33,991 nt of DNA from Flavobacteriales bacterium (GCA_040379725.1 JBEIKN010000001.1:1-33991), one strand, 5' to 3'; shown: positions 1 through 9,594, numbered from the stretch's first letter. The notes: generated from the sequence alone by a model not told the origin. Numbers and translations: made by a program.

Positions 1-357
1 CAATCTGTGAATCTCATCAATGAACAATACATCGCCTTCTTCTAAATTGGTTAATAGACCAGCTAAGTCGCCTGGCTTTTCTAAAACAGGACCACTGGTG
101 ATTTTAATATTGCTTTGCAATTCATTGGCAATGATATTGGCCAATGTGGTTTTACCCAATCCAGGAGGGCCATGTAACAATACGTGGTCAAGGGCTTCGC
201 CGCGTTGTACAGCAGCCTGTACAAACACTTTTAAGTTATCAAGAATTTTATCTTGTCCGGCAAAGTCATCAAAATGAGCTGGTCTTAAAACCTTCTCAAT
301 GTCTCTGTCAGTTTGACTCAGGTTGTCAGCATTGGCATTCAGATGCTTGTTTTGCAT
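1..357 (-). CDS. ruvB: Holliday junction branch-migration helicase RuvB, N-terminal 119 codons; the rest runs off the left window edge
   Basis: Absent from the ORF track because it is open at the window edge. Reverse-complement translation from the ATG at 357-355 gives [119 protein letters not shown]. Walker A (GPPGLGKTT) and Walker B (LFIDEIHRL) have RuvB-typical spacing. Confidence 0.9.
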   Translation of the reverse strand, partial: MQNKHLNANADNLSQTDRDIEKVLRPAHFDDFAGQDKILDNLKVFVQAAVQRGEALDHVLLHGPPGLGKTTLANIIANELQSNIKITSGPVLEKPGDLAGLLTNLEEGDVLFIDEIHRL

Positions 358-365
358 GGTTATTG

Positions 366-373
366 CAAAGATA
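366..373 (-). promoter_or_regulatory. Candidate Bacteroidota -7 promoter box (TATCTTTG on the minus strand) for ruvB
   Basis: Plus-strand caaagata is TATCTTTG on the minus strand, matching the Bacteroidota TAnnTTTG -7 consensus. It lies 8 nt upstream of the ruvB ATG. I saw no clear -33 TTTG. Confidence 0.4.
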
Positions 374-450
374 TTCAGTAAAAGCAACCTTTTTAAACAA
401 ATATTCCTCATACTTAAAATTTTTGTATGAAATTTGAAGTGATCACAACA

Positions 451-1539
451 ATGAAAAAACAACTAACTCTACTCTTGGTGCTTAGCATTTACTCAATGGC
501 TCAAGCACAAATGTTGAATGTGGTAAAGTTTAAAAAACTATTACACGATTTTGGAAGTATTAAAGAAGAAAGTGAACGCGTCAGCACAGTATTCAGTTTT
601 CAGAATATCAGTCAATCGCCGATTTATATTACCAAAGTTGAGACCAGTTGCGGTTGTACAACACCTGAATACAGTAAAGACACTATTATGCCGGGCGATA
701 CTGGCTACGTAAGAGCCATTTATGAAACCAGAGGCAGAGGCGGCGACTTTCATAAAAACCTGTTTGTCTATTTCAATCAAAAAGATTTGTTTCAAAGTTT
801 AATGATCTCTGGGCATGTCATTCCAGAAGCCAATTTGGCTCAAAAACCAAGTCATTTTTCGACTACCTACTCTAACTTAGCTTTTACTACTACTATGGCT
901 GAGTTTCCTAATCTCAAGAACACTCAAAAACAATCATTCAAAATGAAAGCCTATAACTACATGGGCTATCCAATTAGAATATACGAAATTCAAGCACCTG
1001 AGTTTTTAAGCATTGATGTTCAAGACAGTTTGATGGATGTCAATGATTCATTAACCATTACAGTCACTATTGATGGTGCTATGGTAGGTTCATTTGGCGA
1101 AATCAGACGCCGATTTGGTATTTTAACCGATGACCCAGCAGGCACTACCAAAATCTTACATGTTTTTGCCAATGTAAAAGAAGATTTTTCAAAGATGACT
1201 GCAAAAGATAAAAAGATGGCACCTGTGTTTGACATACAACCAACAGGTACCATTGATTTGGGTAAGCACAGTGCAGGCGAAAAATTTGATTATCCAGTGA
1301 CCCTCAGCAATAAGGGTAAAACCACTCTAAAGATCCATTCCATTGTTCCTAATTGCTCTTGTATTTCTGTTCAAAGGAACAGCATGGTCATTGAACCAGG
1401 TCAATCAGCAAGCCTAGTGTTAACCGTCGACACCGTCAATCAATCTATAGCCAATCATACCAAATACATTACCATACATTCAAACGATCCTAATAAATCT
1501 GAACACAAATTGAAAGTGATAGTGAACATAACCAACTAA
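451..1539 (+). CDS. Secreted protein with two DUF1573 domains
   Basis: The signal peptide [20 protein letters not shown] starts at the second ATG (451); the track start at 427 adds 8 residues ahead of it. The N-terminal module HDFGSIKEE...[27 protein letters not shown]...PGDTGYV...[12 protein letters not shown] fits the DUF1573 pattern (FDFG...N.G..PL.I..V..SCGCT.P). A second degenerate copy is at the C-terminus ([12 protein letters not shown]...[23 protein letters not shown]...PGQSASL...ITIHSNDPN). Confidence 0.8.
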   Translation: MKKQLTLLLVLSIYSMAQAQMLNVVKFKKLLHDFGSIKEESERVSTVFSFQNISQSPIYITKVETSCGCTTPEYSKDTIMPGDTGYVRAIYETRGRGGDFHKNLFVYFNQKDLFQSLMISGHVIPEANLAQKPSHFSTTYSNLAFTTTMAEFPNLKNTQKQSFKMKAYNYMGYPIRIYEIQAPEFLSIDVQDSLMDVNDSLTITVTIDGAMVGSFGEIRRRFGILTDDPAGTTKILHVFANVKEDFSKMTAKDKKMAPVFDIQPTGTIDLGKHSAGEKFDYPVTLSNKGKTTLKIHSIVPNCSCISVQRNSMVIEPGQSASLVLTVDTVNQSIANHTKYITIHSNDPNKSEHKLKVIVNITN

Positions 1540-2969
1540 TGAACGATATGAAAAAAACCTTATTAAACGTAGCCATTGCCTTATTTTCTGGCGTTGTCGG
1601 CGCTTATTGTTTTTCAAAGTTAAATGAAGCTCCGAGCAGAGCAAGCATTGTTCAAGAGGAGCTTAAAGGCCTATTGACTTCCTACAATGGTAAAGCTGCC
1701 GAAGGCAGTATTAGTTTCGTATTAGCTTCTAAAGTGAGTACGCCCAGTGTAGTGTTTATTAAAACCACAGCCATGATGCAACAACGTTCGCCATTTGGGA
1801 TGTTCTTTGACGGCTGGGATCCCTTTGGTAGCATAGGTAAAGTGAGCAGTTCTGGTAGTGGCGTTATTGTCAGAAAAGATGGTTACATCGTTACCAATCT
1901 TCATGTGATTAAAGATGCACAAACCATTGAGGTAGTTTTAAACAATCAAAAGCAATCGTATACAGCCAAAATGATCGGAACGGATCCATCAACCGATTTG
2001 GCGTTATTAAAAATTGATGCGAATGATTTACCAGCCATAGTGATGGCCAATTCTGATGATGTGCAGATTGGTGAATGGGTAATTGCCGTGGGCAATCCGT
2101 TCAATTTAACCTCAACAGTTACTGCAGGGATTGTGAGTGCTAAGGGTAGAAATATCAATATCGTCAACAACCAATTTCCGATAGAATCCTTTATACAAAC
2201 TGATGCGGCCATTAACCCTGGCAATAGTGGTGGGGCATTGGTGAATTTGAACGGCGAATTAGTCGGAATCAATACCGCTATTTTTAGTCAAACAGGTTCT
2301 TATGCGGGGTATGGTTTTGCTATACCTGCCAATATTGTAGCCAAAGCAGTAAAAGACCTCATTGACTTTGGACAAATACAAAGAGGCTACTCAGGCATGG
2401 AAGCAGCCGAGATTGATGCTGCAGCTGAAAAAGCAAACAAAACCAATGCCGGAGCATTGATTAAACAATTAGACGATGAAAGTCCTGCAGCTAAAGCAGG
2501 TATGCTCAAAGGCGATGTAGTGGTTAAAATTCAAGACAAAGCCATTAATAGCAAAGCAGATTTTGATGAACATATGTCGTATTACCGACCTGGCGATAAA
2601 ATCAAAATCAATTATTACCACAATGGTGTGTTAAAAGAAAGCATTTTACAATTGACTAACCAAGATGGCGGCATTGGCATTCAAAACAGCTCATCAATCA
2701 GTTCTGAAGCATTGGGTGCAGACTTTATGAATGTGTCTAAAGTTGAGCAACAAAAATATAAAATCAGTTCAGGTGTCAAGGTTAAAAATATTAGAGGTGG
2801 ATTGATCAACAACTTGAATATTGAAGATGGATTTATCTTTATTAAATTCAATGGCAAGCCTTGTACGGATGCACAATCTTTGATAAAAGACTTAGAGAAA
2901 GCCAATGGCCGTATGCAGATTGAAGGCCTTGGAGCCGATGGCGGAAAAAGGTTTTATAATTTTTGGTAA
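1539..2969 (+). CDS. HtrA/DegP/DegQ-family periplasmic serine endoprotease with two PDZ domains
   Basis: Trypsin-like triad contexts are present: TNLHVI (His), TDLALLKI (Asp), GNSGGALVNLNGELVGINTAI (Ser). They are followed by PDZ-like segments (GALIKQLDDESPAAKAGMLKGDVVVKI and GVKVKNIRGG...GFIFIKFNGKP). An N-terminal membrane anchor is present. The start overlaps the upstream stop as TAATG. Confidence 0.9.
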   Translation: MNDMKKTLLNVAIALFSGVVGAYCFSKLNEAPSRASIVQEELKGLLTSYNGKAAEGSISFVLASKVSTPSVVFIKTTAMMQQRSPFGMFFDGWDPFGSIGKVSSSGSGVIVRKDGYIVTNLHVIKDAQTIEVVLNNQKQSYTAKMIGTDPSTDLALLKIDANDLPAIVMANSDDVQIGEWVIAVGNPFNLTSTVTAGIVSAKGRNINIVNNQFPIESFIQTDAAINPGNSGGALVNLNGELVGINTAIFSQTGSYAGYGFAIPANIVAKAVKDLIDFGQIQRGYSGMEAAEIDAAAEKANKTNAGALIKQLDDESPAAKAGMLKGDVVVKIQDKAINSKADFDEHMSYYRPGDKIKINYYHNGVLKESILQLTNQDGGIGIQNSSSISSEALGADFMNVSKVEQQKYKISSGVKVKNIRGGLINNLNIEDGFIFIKFNGKPCTDAQSLIKDLEKANGRMQIEGLGADGGKRFYNFW

Positions 2970-2972
2970 GCC

Positions 2973-3857
2973 TTAAGCCAATAGGCCTTTTAGCAATTTT
3001 TCGCGCACTGAGTCACTGACTTGATGCAATGGTTTTCTAACGGTGGTTTCGCAAATACCCATGGCATTCAAAATCACTTTAATGCCACCAGGACTACCAT
3101 CAGCAAAAATCAAATTCATCGCATCAAGCAATTGGTAATGCAATGGTTTTGCTGCCTCAAATTCATTGTTTAAACAATGCTGAATCATTTGGCTAAATTG
3201 TTTAGGATAGGCATTGGCAATCACGCTGATTACCCCTTGCATGCCCATGGCAATAAACGGCAAAGTAAAGGCATCATCGCCACTAATGACTGCAAAGTCA
3301 TTAGGTTTGTGTTGAATGATTTCCATGCATTGCGCAAAATTACCGCTGGCTTCTTTTGTGCCTAAAATATTAGCGTGTTGGGCCAATTCAAGGGTTGCTT
3401 CAACACCAATATTGCTGCCCGTTCTGCCTGGTACATTGTACAACATAATGGGTCTTGGAGAAACATCGGCCAACATGGTATAATGGCTTACAATCCCTTT
3501 TTGATTGGGTTTGTTATAATATGGGCTTACGCTTAATACGGCAGATATACCATCAAAATCTTGTTGTTTGAAGGCATCTATCAAGGCATAGGTATTATTG
3601 CCACCTAGACCCAAGACCAAAGGCAATTGGCCATTGTTTTCGGTTTTTACACAGTCAATAATGGCTTGTTTTTCGCTGGCGCTGATGCATGGGCTTTCGC
3701 CTGTGGTACCCATGATCACTAAGTAGTTAGTGCCATTGTCTATTTGGTGTCTCACCAATTTTTTTAAGCCATCAAAATCAATGGATTCATCTTGTTTAAA
3801 AGGAGTGACCAAAGCAACCCCAGTTCCTTTAAGCTGTTGTGATATACTGTGTGACAT
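2973..3857 (-). CDS. dapA: 4-hydroxy-tetrahydrodipicolinate synthase
   Basis: Motifs GVALVTPF, MGTTGESP, YNVPGRTG and TKEASG are typical of DapA. I place the start at the internal Met (MSHSISQQLKG..., 3857). This removes the apparent overlap with the upstream gene, whose stop is at 3865. Confidence 0.88.
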   Translation of the reverse strand: MSHSISQQLKGTGVALVTPFKQDESIDFDGLKKLVRHQIDNGTNYLVIMGTTGESPCISASEKQAIIDCVKTENNGQLPLVLGLGGNNTYALIDAFKQQDFDGISAVLSVSPYYNKPNQKGIVSHYTMLADVSPRPIMLYNVPGRTGSNIGVEATLELAQHANILGTKEASGNFAQCMEIIQHKPNDFAVISGDDAFTLPFIAMGMQGVISVIANAYPKQFSQMIQHCLNNEFEAAKPLHYQLLDAMNLIFADGSPGGIKVILNAMGICETTVRKPLHQVSDSVREKLLKGLLA

Positions 3858-3864
3858 GTTCTTA

Positions 3865-4383
3865 TTAAATGATTTTTCGAAGACATTTTCCAACTTCAAT
3901 CAAATAATTTTCGCAAGGATCTGCGCCATTAGGTTTGATCATGATTTCGTAAAAATGGAGGTCGGATTCTTCAATGTAGGGGCCAATTCTGAATTGTGCA
4001 TGGCAAAATGTGGCTATGGTTTTCATGTAGTTGTTTTCTGATAAACAACCATTGATCATAAGATCGTATTTTTTGTTGAGCAAGCTTCTTAGATTTAGAC
4101 TTTTGGGTCCTAAAAAGAAATTGAAATCAGCCTTACAACAGAGTTTGTAAATTTCGTTTGGCATCATGTCTTCCGATAATTTTTTAATCGGATGAAAAGC
4201 TAAAAACGTGATGTCTTTGCCGCTTTTTCTGAGTTCATGGCCAAATATTTTAATCTCTTCAATGTCAGTTCTATTTTGACTGGCATCCCAAATCAACAAT
4301 ACAGATTGAATCTGATGAAAGGGTTTGATGTGGCGCTTAATGCGCAACAATTTAGATTGCCTTATGAGACCTCTTGTTTTCAA
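3865..4383 (-). CDS. Hypothetical protein of about 172 aa; no family recognised
   Basis: Uninterrupted ORF packed between rnz and dapA on the same strand. It has a TTG start at 4383 and no signal peptide or TM segment. I see no diagnostic motifs. Confidence 0.5.
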   Translation of the reverse strand: MKTRGLIRQSKLLRIKRHIKPFHQIQSVLLIWDASQNRTDIEEIKIFGHELRKSGKDITFLAFHPIKKLSEDMMPNEIYKLCCKADFNFFLGPKSLNLRSLLNKKYDLMINGCLSENNYMKTIATFCHAQFRIGPYIEESDLHFYEIMIKPNGADPCENYLIEVGKCLRKII

Positions 4384-4427
4384 CTGAATTCAAAATTAAG
4401 ACAATTTCAGTTGAGCGCCAAATACAC

Positions 4428-5342
4428 TTATCCAATGGTGTATGTTTTTCCTTCAATGGCCAATTCAACTGGCTCAAAAATGGCTTTTGCCTCATTGTGC
4501 AATGGTTCTAAATGGCCGTAACGCGAAGAGTAATGCCCAATGATCAATTGCTTGACCTCTGATTTGAGGGCTATGGTTGCTGCTTGTTCTGCAGTGCTGT
4601 GATAATACAAATTGGCTCTATCAACATGCTCGTTGGTATAGGTGGCTTCGTGGTATAACGTATGACAACCTTTAATGCTTTCAACTATGTTCAAATCAAA
4701 AATAGTATCTGAGCAATAAGCGTAAGCACTAGGAGTTTCTGCTGCGGTTGTAAGTATGTGGTTAGCGATGGTTTGACCTTGCTCGTTGGTGTAATCAAGC
4801 CCTGCTTTTAAATCTTTGAAAGCCGTTACTGGAATCTGATGGGCATCAATGGCGGCTTTGTTGATATGTCTTTCTTTATCTGCTTCAGAAACGATAAAAC
4901 CTGTGCAGTGAATGCGGTGCTGTAGCGGCAACGTTTTAATGGTAAACACTGGCGTCTGATAAATGACGTCTTGTTGATCCATTCTGGTGACAATGTGCTG
5001 TATGTCAAAATTCAATTGCATACCACTGGCTTTTAATTGAATGTCAATGATGTCTTTGAGCATGGGTGGGCCAATAATGCTGATGGCTTGAGTTCGTCCG
5101 TATAGACTCATGGTTGATAACAACCCGATTAAACCAAAGTAGTGATCACCATGTAAATGCGAAATACAAATGGTATTAATATTGGCTTGTTTGACACCAA
5201 ACTTCATGAGCTGAGTCTGAGTGCCTTCGCCACAATCAATGAGTATTTTTTCGCCACCAATTTTTAAAACCTGGGCACTCGGATGTCGGTCTTTGGTGGG
5301 AGTGGCGCTACTTGAGCCCAATATGTACAATTCTATACTCAC
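4428..5342 (-). CDS. rnz: Ribonuclease Z (tRNA 3' endonuclease, metallo-beta-lactamase fold)
   Basis: Contains the HxHxDH motif (ISHLHGDHYFGL). The N-terminus (V)SIELYILGSSSATPTKDRHPSAQVL has the usual RNase Z shape, and HYSSRY lies near the C-terminus. I prefer the GTG start at 5342 over the track's TTG at 5363, because 5363 lies inside a TAnnTTTG promoter box. Confidence 0.82.
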   Translation of the reverse strand: MSIELYILGSSSATPTKDRHPSAQVLKIGGEKILIDCGEGTQTQLMKFGVKQANINTICISHLHGDHYFGLIGLLSTMSLYGRTQAISIIGPPMLKDIIDIQLKASGMQLNFDIQHIVTRMDQQDVIYQTPVFTIKTLPLQHRIHCTGFIVSEADKERHINKAAIDAHQIPVTAFKDLKAGLDYTNEQGQTIANHILTTAAETPSAYAYCSDTIFDLNIVESIKGCHTLYHEATYTNEHVDRANLYYHSTAEQAATIALKSEVKQLIIGHYSSRYGHLEPLHNEAKAIFEPVELAIEGKTYTIG

Positions 5343-5360
5343 TTGTATACATTCAAACAA

Positions 5361-5368
5361 CAAAGTTA
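5361..5368 (-). promoter_or_regulatory. Candidate -7 box (TAACTTTG on the minus strand) for the rnz / unknown / dapA operon
   Basis: Plus-strand caaagtta is TAACTTTG on the minus strand, matching TAnnTTTG. It lies 18 nt upstream of the GTG at 5342. Confidence 0.4.
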
Positions 5369-5391
5369 AGCCTTACCCCTAAATTTTACCT

Positions 5392-5399
5392 TATTTTTG
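5392..5399 (+). promoter_or_regulatory. Candidate -7 box (TATTTTTG) for the SDR-led plus-strand operon
   Basis: TATTTTTG matches TAnnTTTG and ends 7 nt before the ATG at 5407, implying a near-leaderless mRNA. The same 10-mer ttatttttgc recurs upstream of ald. Confidence 0.45.
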
Positions 5400-5406
5400 C
5401 CTGAAT

Positions 5407-6171
5407 ATGAATAAGGCACCTATAGCCCTAATTACAGGAGCAAGTTCTGGCATTGGCGAAGCGACCGCTATAACATTGGCTCAACATGGTTTCAATACCA
5501 TTTTAATTGGCCGACGTGCAGACCGTTTGCAAGCATTGCAGTCCAAAATTGAGTCTGAGTTTCAAGTAAAAGCGTATGTTGCAACCCTTGATGTTAGAGA
5601 CAAACAAGCGGTTGAAGATATGGTCAATGCTTTGCCACATGAGTGGCGTTCAGTTCAGGTGCTTGTTAACAATGCTGGTTTGGCTTGGGGTTTATCAAGT
5701 ATTGATCAAGGCAATATAGAGCATTGGGACACCATGATAGATACCAACATTAAAGGATTGTTGTATATGACCAAATTTGTAACGCCTTTATTGGTTGAAA
5801 ACGGCAATGGTCACATAGTTAATATAGGTAGTATTGCTGGTAAGGAAGTGTATGCCAATGGCAATGTATACTGCGCCACCAAACATGCCGTTGATGCTTT
5901 GAGTAGAAGCATGCGTTTGGATCTAAGCCATTTTCCTGTAAAGGTTTCGACCATTCATCCGGGCGCTGTTGAGACAGAGTTCTCATTAGTAAGGTTTGAT
6001 GGTGATGCCGAACGCGCAGCAAATGTCTACAAGGGTTTTGAAAACCTAGTGGCACAAGATATAGCAGACGCCATTTGGTTCATGATCAGCAGGCCGAGGC
6101 ATGTTAATATTAATGAAATGACGATTATGCCAACAGCTCAACCTATGGCGGGCGTAATACACCGTCAATAA
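5407..6171 (+). CDS. SDR-family NAD(P)-dependent oxidoreductase (YdfG-like)
   Basis: Contains TGASSGIG (the TGxxxGxG cofactor motif), NNAG, and the catalytic Y-x3-K (YCATKHAV). The length of about 250 aa fits a classical SDR. Confidence 0.85.
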   Translation: MNKAPIALITGASSGIGEATAITLAQHGFNTILIGRRADRLQALQSKIESEFQVKAYVATLDVRDKQAVEDMVNALPHEWRSVQVLVNNAGLAWGLSSIDQGNIEHWDTMIDTNIKGLLYMTKFVTPLLVENGNGHIVNIGSIAGKEVYANGNVYCATKHAVDALSRSMRLDLSHFPVKVSTIHPGAVETEFSLVRFDGDAERAANVYKGFENLVAQDIADAIWFMISRPRHVNINEMTIMPTAQPMAGVIHRQ

Positions 6172-6172
6172 C

Positions 6173-7072
6173 ATGGGGCAACATCATTTCAAGGTGCATA
6201 TTGCACTGTTTACAGTTTCGTTTATTTATGCTTTGACCTTTAGCTTGGTGAAAGACATTATGCCCTACTATTTACAAGGGTTTGGTTTTATAGTGATCCG
6301 CGTGAGTGGGGCAGCATTACTGTTTTTACTGGCTTCATCCCAAATTAAAGAACGCATCAATTGGCGAGCGCATGGATGGCGTATATTGGCTTGCGCTGTT
6401 TTTGGTGTTGCAGCCAATATGTTAATGTTTTTCAAAGGACTCGAAATTACGACACCCATCAATGGTGCAGTTTTGATGTTAGCGACCCCCATATTTGTGC
6501 TGTTGCTGAATATTGTCATCAACAAAGAACGCATGAATTTGCTTCAAGGCATAGGTGTGTTATTGGCGGCATTTGGTTCAATCATGCTAATGTCGGGCAA
6601 ATCATTTCAGTTGTCTTCGTCAACTTATATGGGCGACTTACTGATTTTATTGAATGCCATTTCATATGCAATGTATTTGGTTTTAGCCAAAGACTTATTA
6701 AGACAATACCATACCCTCACGGTTTCAAAATACACCTTTTTGATCGGTGCAATTTTGGTATTGCCATTTGGCTATCCGGAATTGGTGCAAGGTAAGTTCA
6801 ATGAAATGACCCCAGTGATCATTGCAGAAGTGTTGTTCATTATTGTTTGCACCACCTTTGTTACCTACTTGCTAAATGCTTGGGCCATTCAACAAGCAGG
6901 GCCCAACATTGTGGGTGCTTATATTTATTTACAACCCATATTGGCCAGTATAATTGCCATTATTCTTAAAAAAGATACGCTGACTGCATACAAAATGTTC
7001 TCAATATTGTTGATTTTTGCAGGCGTGTTCATTACAACCACACATTTAAAATGGTACAAATCAAAAGCATGA
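6173..7072 (+). CDS. EamA/DMT-superfamily transporter
   Basis: About 10 hydrophobic helices arranged as two similar halves, about 300 aa, typical of EamA. The gap to the SDR stop is 1 nt. Confidence 0.78.
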   Translation: MGQHHFKVHIALFTVSFIYALTFSLVKDIMPYYLQGFGFIVIRVSGAALLFLLASSQIKERINWRAHGWRILACAVFGVAANMLMFFKGLEITTPINGAVLMLATPIFVLLLNIVINKERMNLLQGIGVLLAAFGSIMLMSGKSFQLSSSTYMGDLLILLNAISYAMYLVLAKDLLRQYHTLTVSKYTFLIGAILVLPFGYPELVQGKFNEMTPVIIAEVLFIIVCTTFVTYLLNAWAIQQAGPNIVGAYIYLQPILASIIAIILKKDTLTAYKMFSILLIFAGVFITTTHLKWYKSKA

Positions 7073-7935
7073 CCGGATTCGGTTCGTTCGAAATTGAGAA
7101 CGAACAATGGCGCATTAAAACTGAAATCAAATCTTTGAATAACAAATTCTTTGATTTGAATTTAAGGTTGCCCAAGTCTTTCAAAGACAAGGACATTGAA
7201 TTGCGTCAAGACCTTAGCAATAAAATTGGCAGAGGCTCGGTATCTGTTCACATTAATGCTGAACATAAACTTGCACAAAACACTCAAGAAGCTGTTTCAC
7301 TCAACACAGAACTGGCCCAAGCTTACCATCAGAAAATTCAGGCATTAGCAAATACCTTACAATTGCCAAGTGGCGAGTTGTTGCACACCATCATTCATTT
7401 TCCGGATGTGCTCAAATACGAAGAACAATCTGCCACCGAACAGGATTGGTTAATGATGAAACAATGTGTTGATCAAGCCTTTTTGAAATTTGATGCTTTC
7501 AGAATACAAGAAGGCAATACCATTAGAACCTATTTACTGGATTGTGTGTCTAAGATCAGACACAATGTACAATTGGTTGAACAAGAAGAAGCACCAAGGA
7601 AAGCCTCAGTAAAGGGCAAGTTATTACAATCTTTAAAAGACAATCAAGAAGACAACTCAGTTGACCATAACCGATTTGAACAAGAGCTTATCTATTACCT
7701 TGAAAAGTATGATATTGGCGAGGAGAAGTCTCGATTATATAACCATTTGGACTTTTTTATCGAAAGTTTAGACAAAGATCCTAATGGCAAAAAGCTTAAT
7801 TTCATAGCTCAAGAAATGGGACGTGAAATCAATACCATGGGCAGTAAAGCCTACTATTTTCCAATTCAACAATTGGTGGTATTTATGAAAGAAGAACTCG
7901 AAAAAATCAAGGAACAATTGTTAAATGTGCTCTAA
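7069..7935 (+). CDS. yicC: YicC-family stress-induced protein
   Basis: The N-terminus MTGFG is characteristic of YicC, and the C-terminal region EMGREINTMGSKA is also typical. The start at 7069 gives an ATGA overlap with the EamA stop; the track start at 7051 is less likely. Confidence 0.85.
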   Translation: MTGFGSFEIENEQWRIKTEIKSLNNKFFDLNLRLPKSFKDKDIELRQDLSNKIGRGSVSVHINAEHKLAQNTQEAVSLNTELAQAYHQKIQALANTLQLPSGELLHTIIHFPDVLKYEEQSATEQDWLMMKQCVDQAFLKFDAFRIQEGNTIRTYLLDCVSKIRHNVQLVEQEEAPRKASVKGKLLQSLKDNQEDNSVDHNRFEQELIYYLEKYDIGEEKSRLYNHLDFFIESLDKDPNGKKLNFIAQEMGREINTMGSKAYYFPIQQLVVFMKEELEKIKEQLLNVL

Positions 7936-7944
7936 TCAATTAGC

Positions 7945-9585
7945 ATGAATGATTCGAGTCAAATACACCAAGCCAATGTTGCCAGAAGGCCATTGATTTA
8001 TGCTGTTTTATTGGCGCTTGGTTTAGTTGGCGGTATGTCGTTTCAGAAACAACAAAAAGACAAATTCACTCAGATATTAGACATTATCCAAAACGATTAT
8101 GTTGATAGCACTCAACACGATGCAATTGAAACGTCTACGATTGAGTTTATGTTGTCGCAATTAGATCCGCACAGCGCATATATACCGCCTGATTTGAGCG
8201 AGATCAATGAACGTCAGATTAGAGGCAATTACTATGGCTTGGGCGTATCCTATATAGCTTATAATGATTCTTTGGTAGTGTATTCGGTATTTCCGAAAGG
8301 CCCTGCAGATTTAGCGGGCATTCAGGCTGGAGATCGTCTGATCAAAGCCGGCAAAGTGCGCTTAACAGATTCATTAAGTTCAACGGACATTCAAGAAGCC
8401 ATTCAATCAGGGCCAGAAGCGGCCATTGATCTATTGGTTTACAGGCGCAGTAGCAATGAGCTTAAAACCATCCGCGTAAACCGTGGCGACGTTATCATGA
8501 ATAGTTCTGAAGTCTATTACATGATCAATAATACCCTCGGTTATATGCGCATTGAACGCTTTAGTGCTCAAACACACAATGAGTTTTTAAAGGCTTTGTC
8601 TGCACTTAAAAAGTCAGGTATGAAAGACTTGATTCTGGATTTGAGAAACAATGGCGGCGGTTTGTTACAGGAGGCCGCTCAAATTGCGAATGAATTTTTG
8701 CAAGCCGATGAAATGATTGCTTATACCCAAGGCTTACACAGGCTTAAACATGATTATAAAGCTGATGGCAATGGCCTATTTCAAACAGGAAAATTACTCT
8801 TGTTGATCAATCACAATACCGCTTCGGCCAGCGAGATTTTGACAGGTGCGCTACAAGACAATGACCGTGCAGTAATTATTGGCAATCGATCATACGGTAA
8901 GGGTTTGGTGCAAGAGCCATTCAAATTGGCCGATGGTTCAACCATCCGTTTAACCATTGCACGTTATTATACCCCAAGTGGTAGAAGCATTCAAAAATAT
9001 TATAGCAAAGACATTGACGCTTACCACAATGAGATTTACAAACGCGATTTTATGAAAGATACTTTGAGTCCAATTTTGGATCCCAGTATTAAAAAAGAAT
9101 TCTTTTCGAAAAATGGCCGCTTGTTAACAGCAGGCGGAGGTATCAGACCAGATATTTTTTTAAGAGATACCATAGCAGATAGCACAGAAATAGAAAGGTT
9201 GATGCCAGGTTTATTTTACAGCCGTTTGTTTGATATTTATACCCTTGACCATTTAAGGGCCCGTTATGCTAAGTCAAGCAGAATTTATACCAGCGTGAAT
9301 GATTTCATGCAACACTTTACTGTAGCAGATGCAGATGCTCAAGATTTTATCAAACAAGCACAAAAAATCAGCTATTTGAGAGGCATTAAAGCATCGACTA
9401 AAACCGTCGATATTGTCAAGAAACATTTAAAAGCAGCAGTCGCCTTTAGACTGTTTGGAGAAGTAGGAAAATCTTTGATCATCAATCAAGAAGAAGGTGT
9501 TTTCTCGAAAAGTTTAGAGGTTTTAAAGAATTACGACCGCATCTTGCACACCCAATCTAACCATACTAAGACCATTGACTATTAA
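7945..9585 (+). CDS. S41-family C-terminal processing peptidase
   Basis: Has a PDZ segment (GPADLAGIQAGDRLIKAG), then DLRNNGGGLL and the nucleophile context NTASASEIL, then YGKGLVQ. An N-terminal membrane anchor is present. Confidence 0.85.
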   Translation: MNDSSQIHQANVARRPLIYAVLLALGLVGGMSFQKQQKDKFTQILDIIQNDYVDSTQHDAIETSTIEFMLSQLDPHSAYIPPDLSEINERQIRGNYYGLGVSYIAYNDSLVVYSVFPKGPADLAGIQAGDRLIKAGKVRLTDSLSSTDIQEAIQSGPEAAIDLLVYRRSSNELKTIRVNRGDVIMNSSEVYYMINNTLGYMRIERFSAQTHNEFLKALSALKKSGMKDLILDLRNNGGGLLQEAAQIANEFLQADEMIAYTQGLHRLKHDYKADGNGLFQTGKLLLLINHNTASASEILTGALQDNDRAVIIGNRSYGKGLVQEPFKLADGSTIRLTIARYYTPSGRSIQKYYSKDIDAYHNEIYKRDFMKDTLSPILDPSIKKEFFSKNGRLLTAGGGIRPDIFLRDTIADSTEIERLMPGLFYSRLFDIYTLDHLRARYAKSSRIYTSVNDFMQHFTVADADAQDFIKQAQKISYLRGIKASTKTVDIVKKHLKAAVAFRLFGEVGKSLIINQEEGVFSKSLEVLKNYDRILHTQSNHTKTIDY

Positions 9586-9594
9586 TTTGCAAAC

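Noticed and set aside
427-450. Upstream ATG at 427 as the start of the DUF1573 gene.
   Set aside because: It would put 8 residues (MKFEVITT) in front of an otherwise canonical signal peptide, so the ATG at 451 is preferred. This remains uncertain without N-terminal data.
4381-4413. Inverted repeat CAACTGAA-N17-TTCAGTTG between rnz and the 172-aa gene, as a possible terminator or attenuator.
   Set aside because: It has only an 8-bp stem with a 17-nt loop and no T-tract after it on the transcribed (minus) strand, and it overlaps the TTG start of the downstream gene. It is too weak to call.
6361-6795. 144-aa ORF in another frame inside the EamA transporter gene.
   Set aside because: It is fully nested in a well-supported membrane-protein gene. 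Its translation is Cys/His/Arg-rich and low in complexity, with no motifs, so it is probably a frame artefact.
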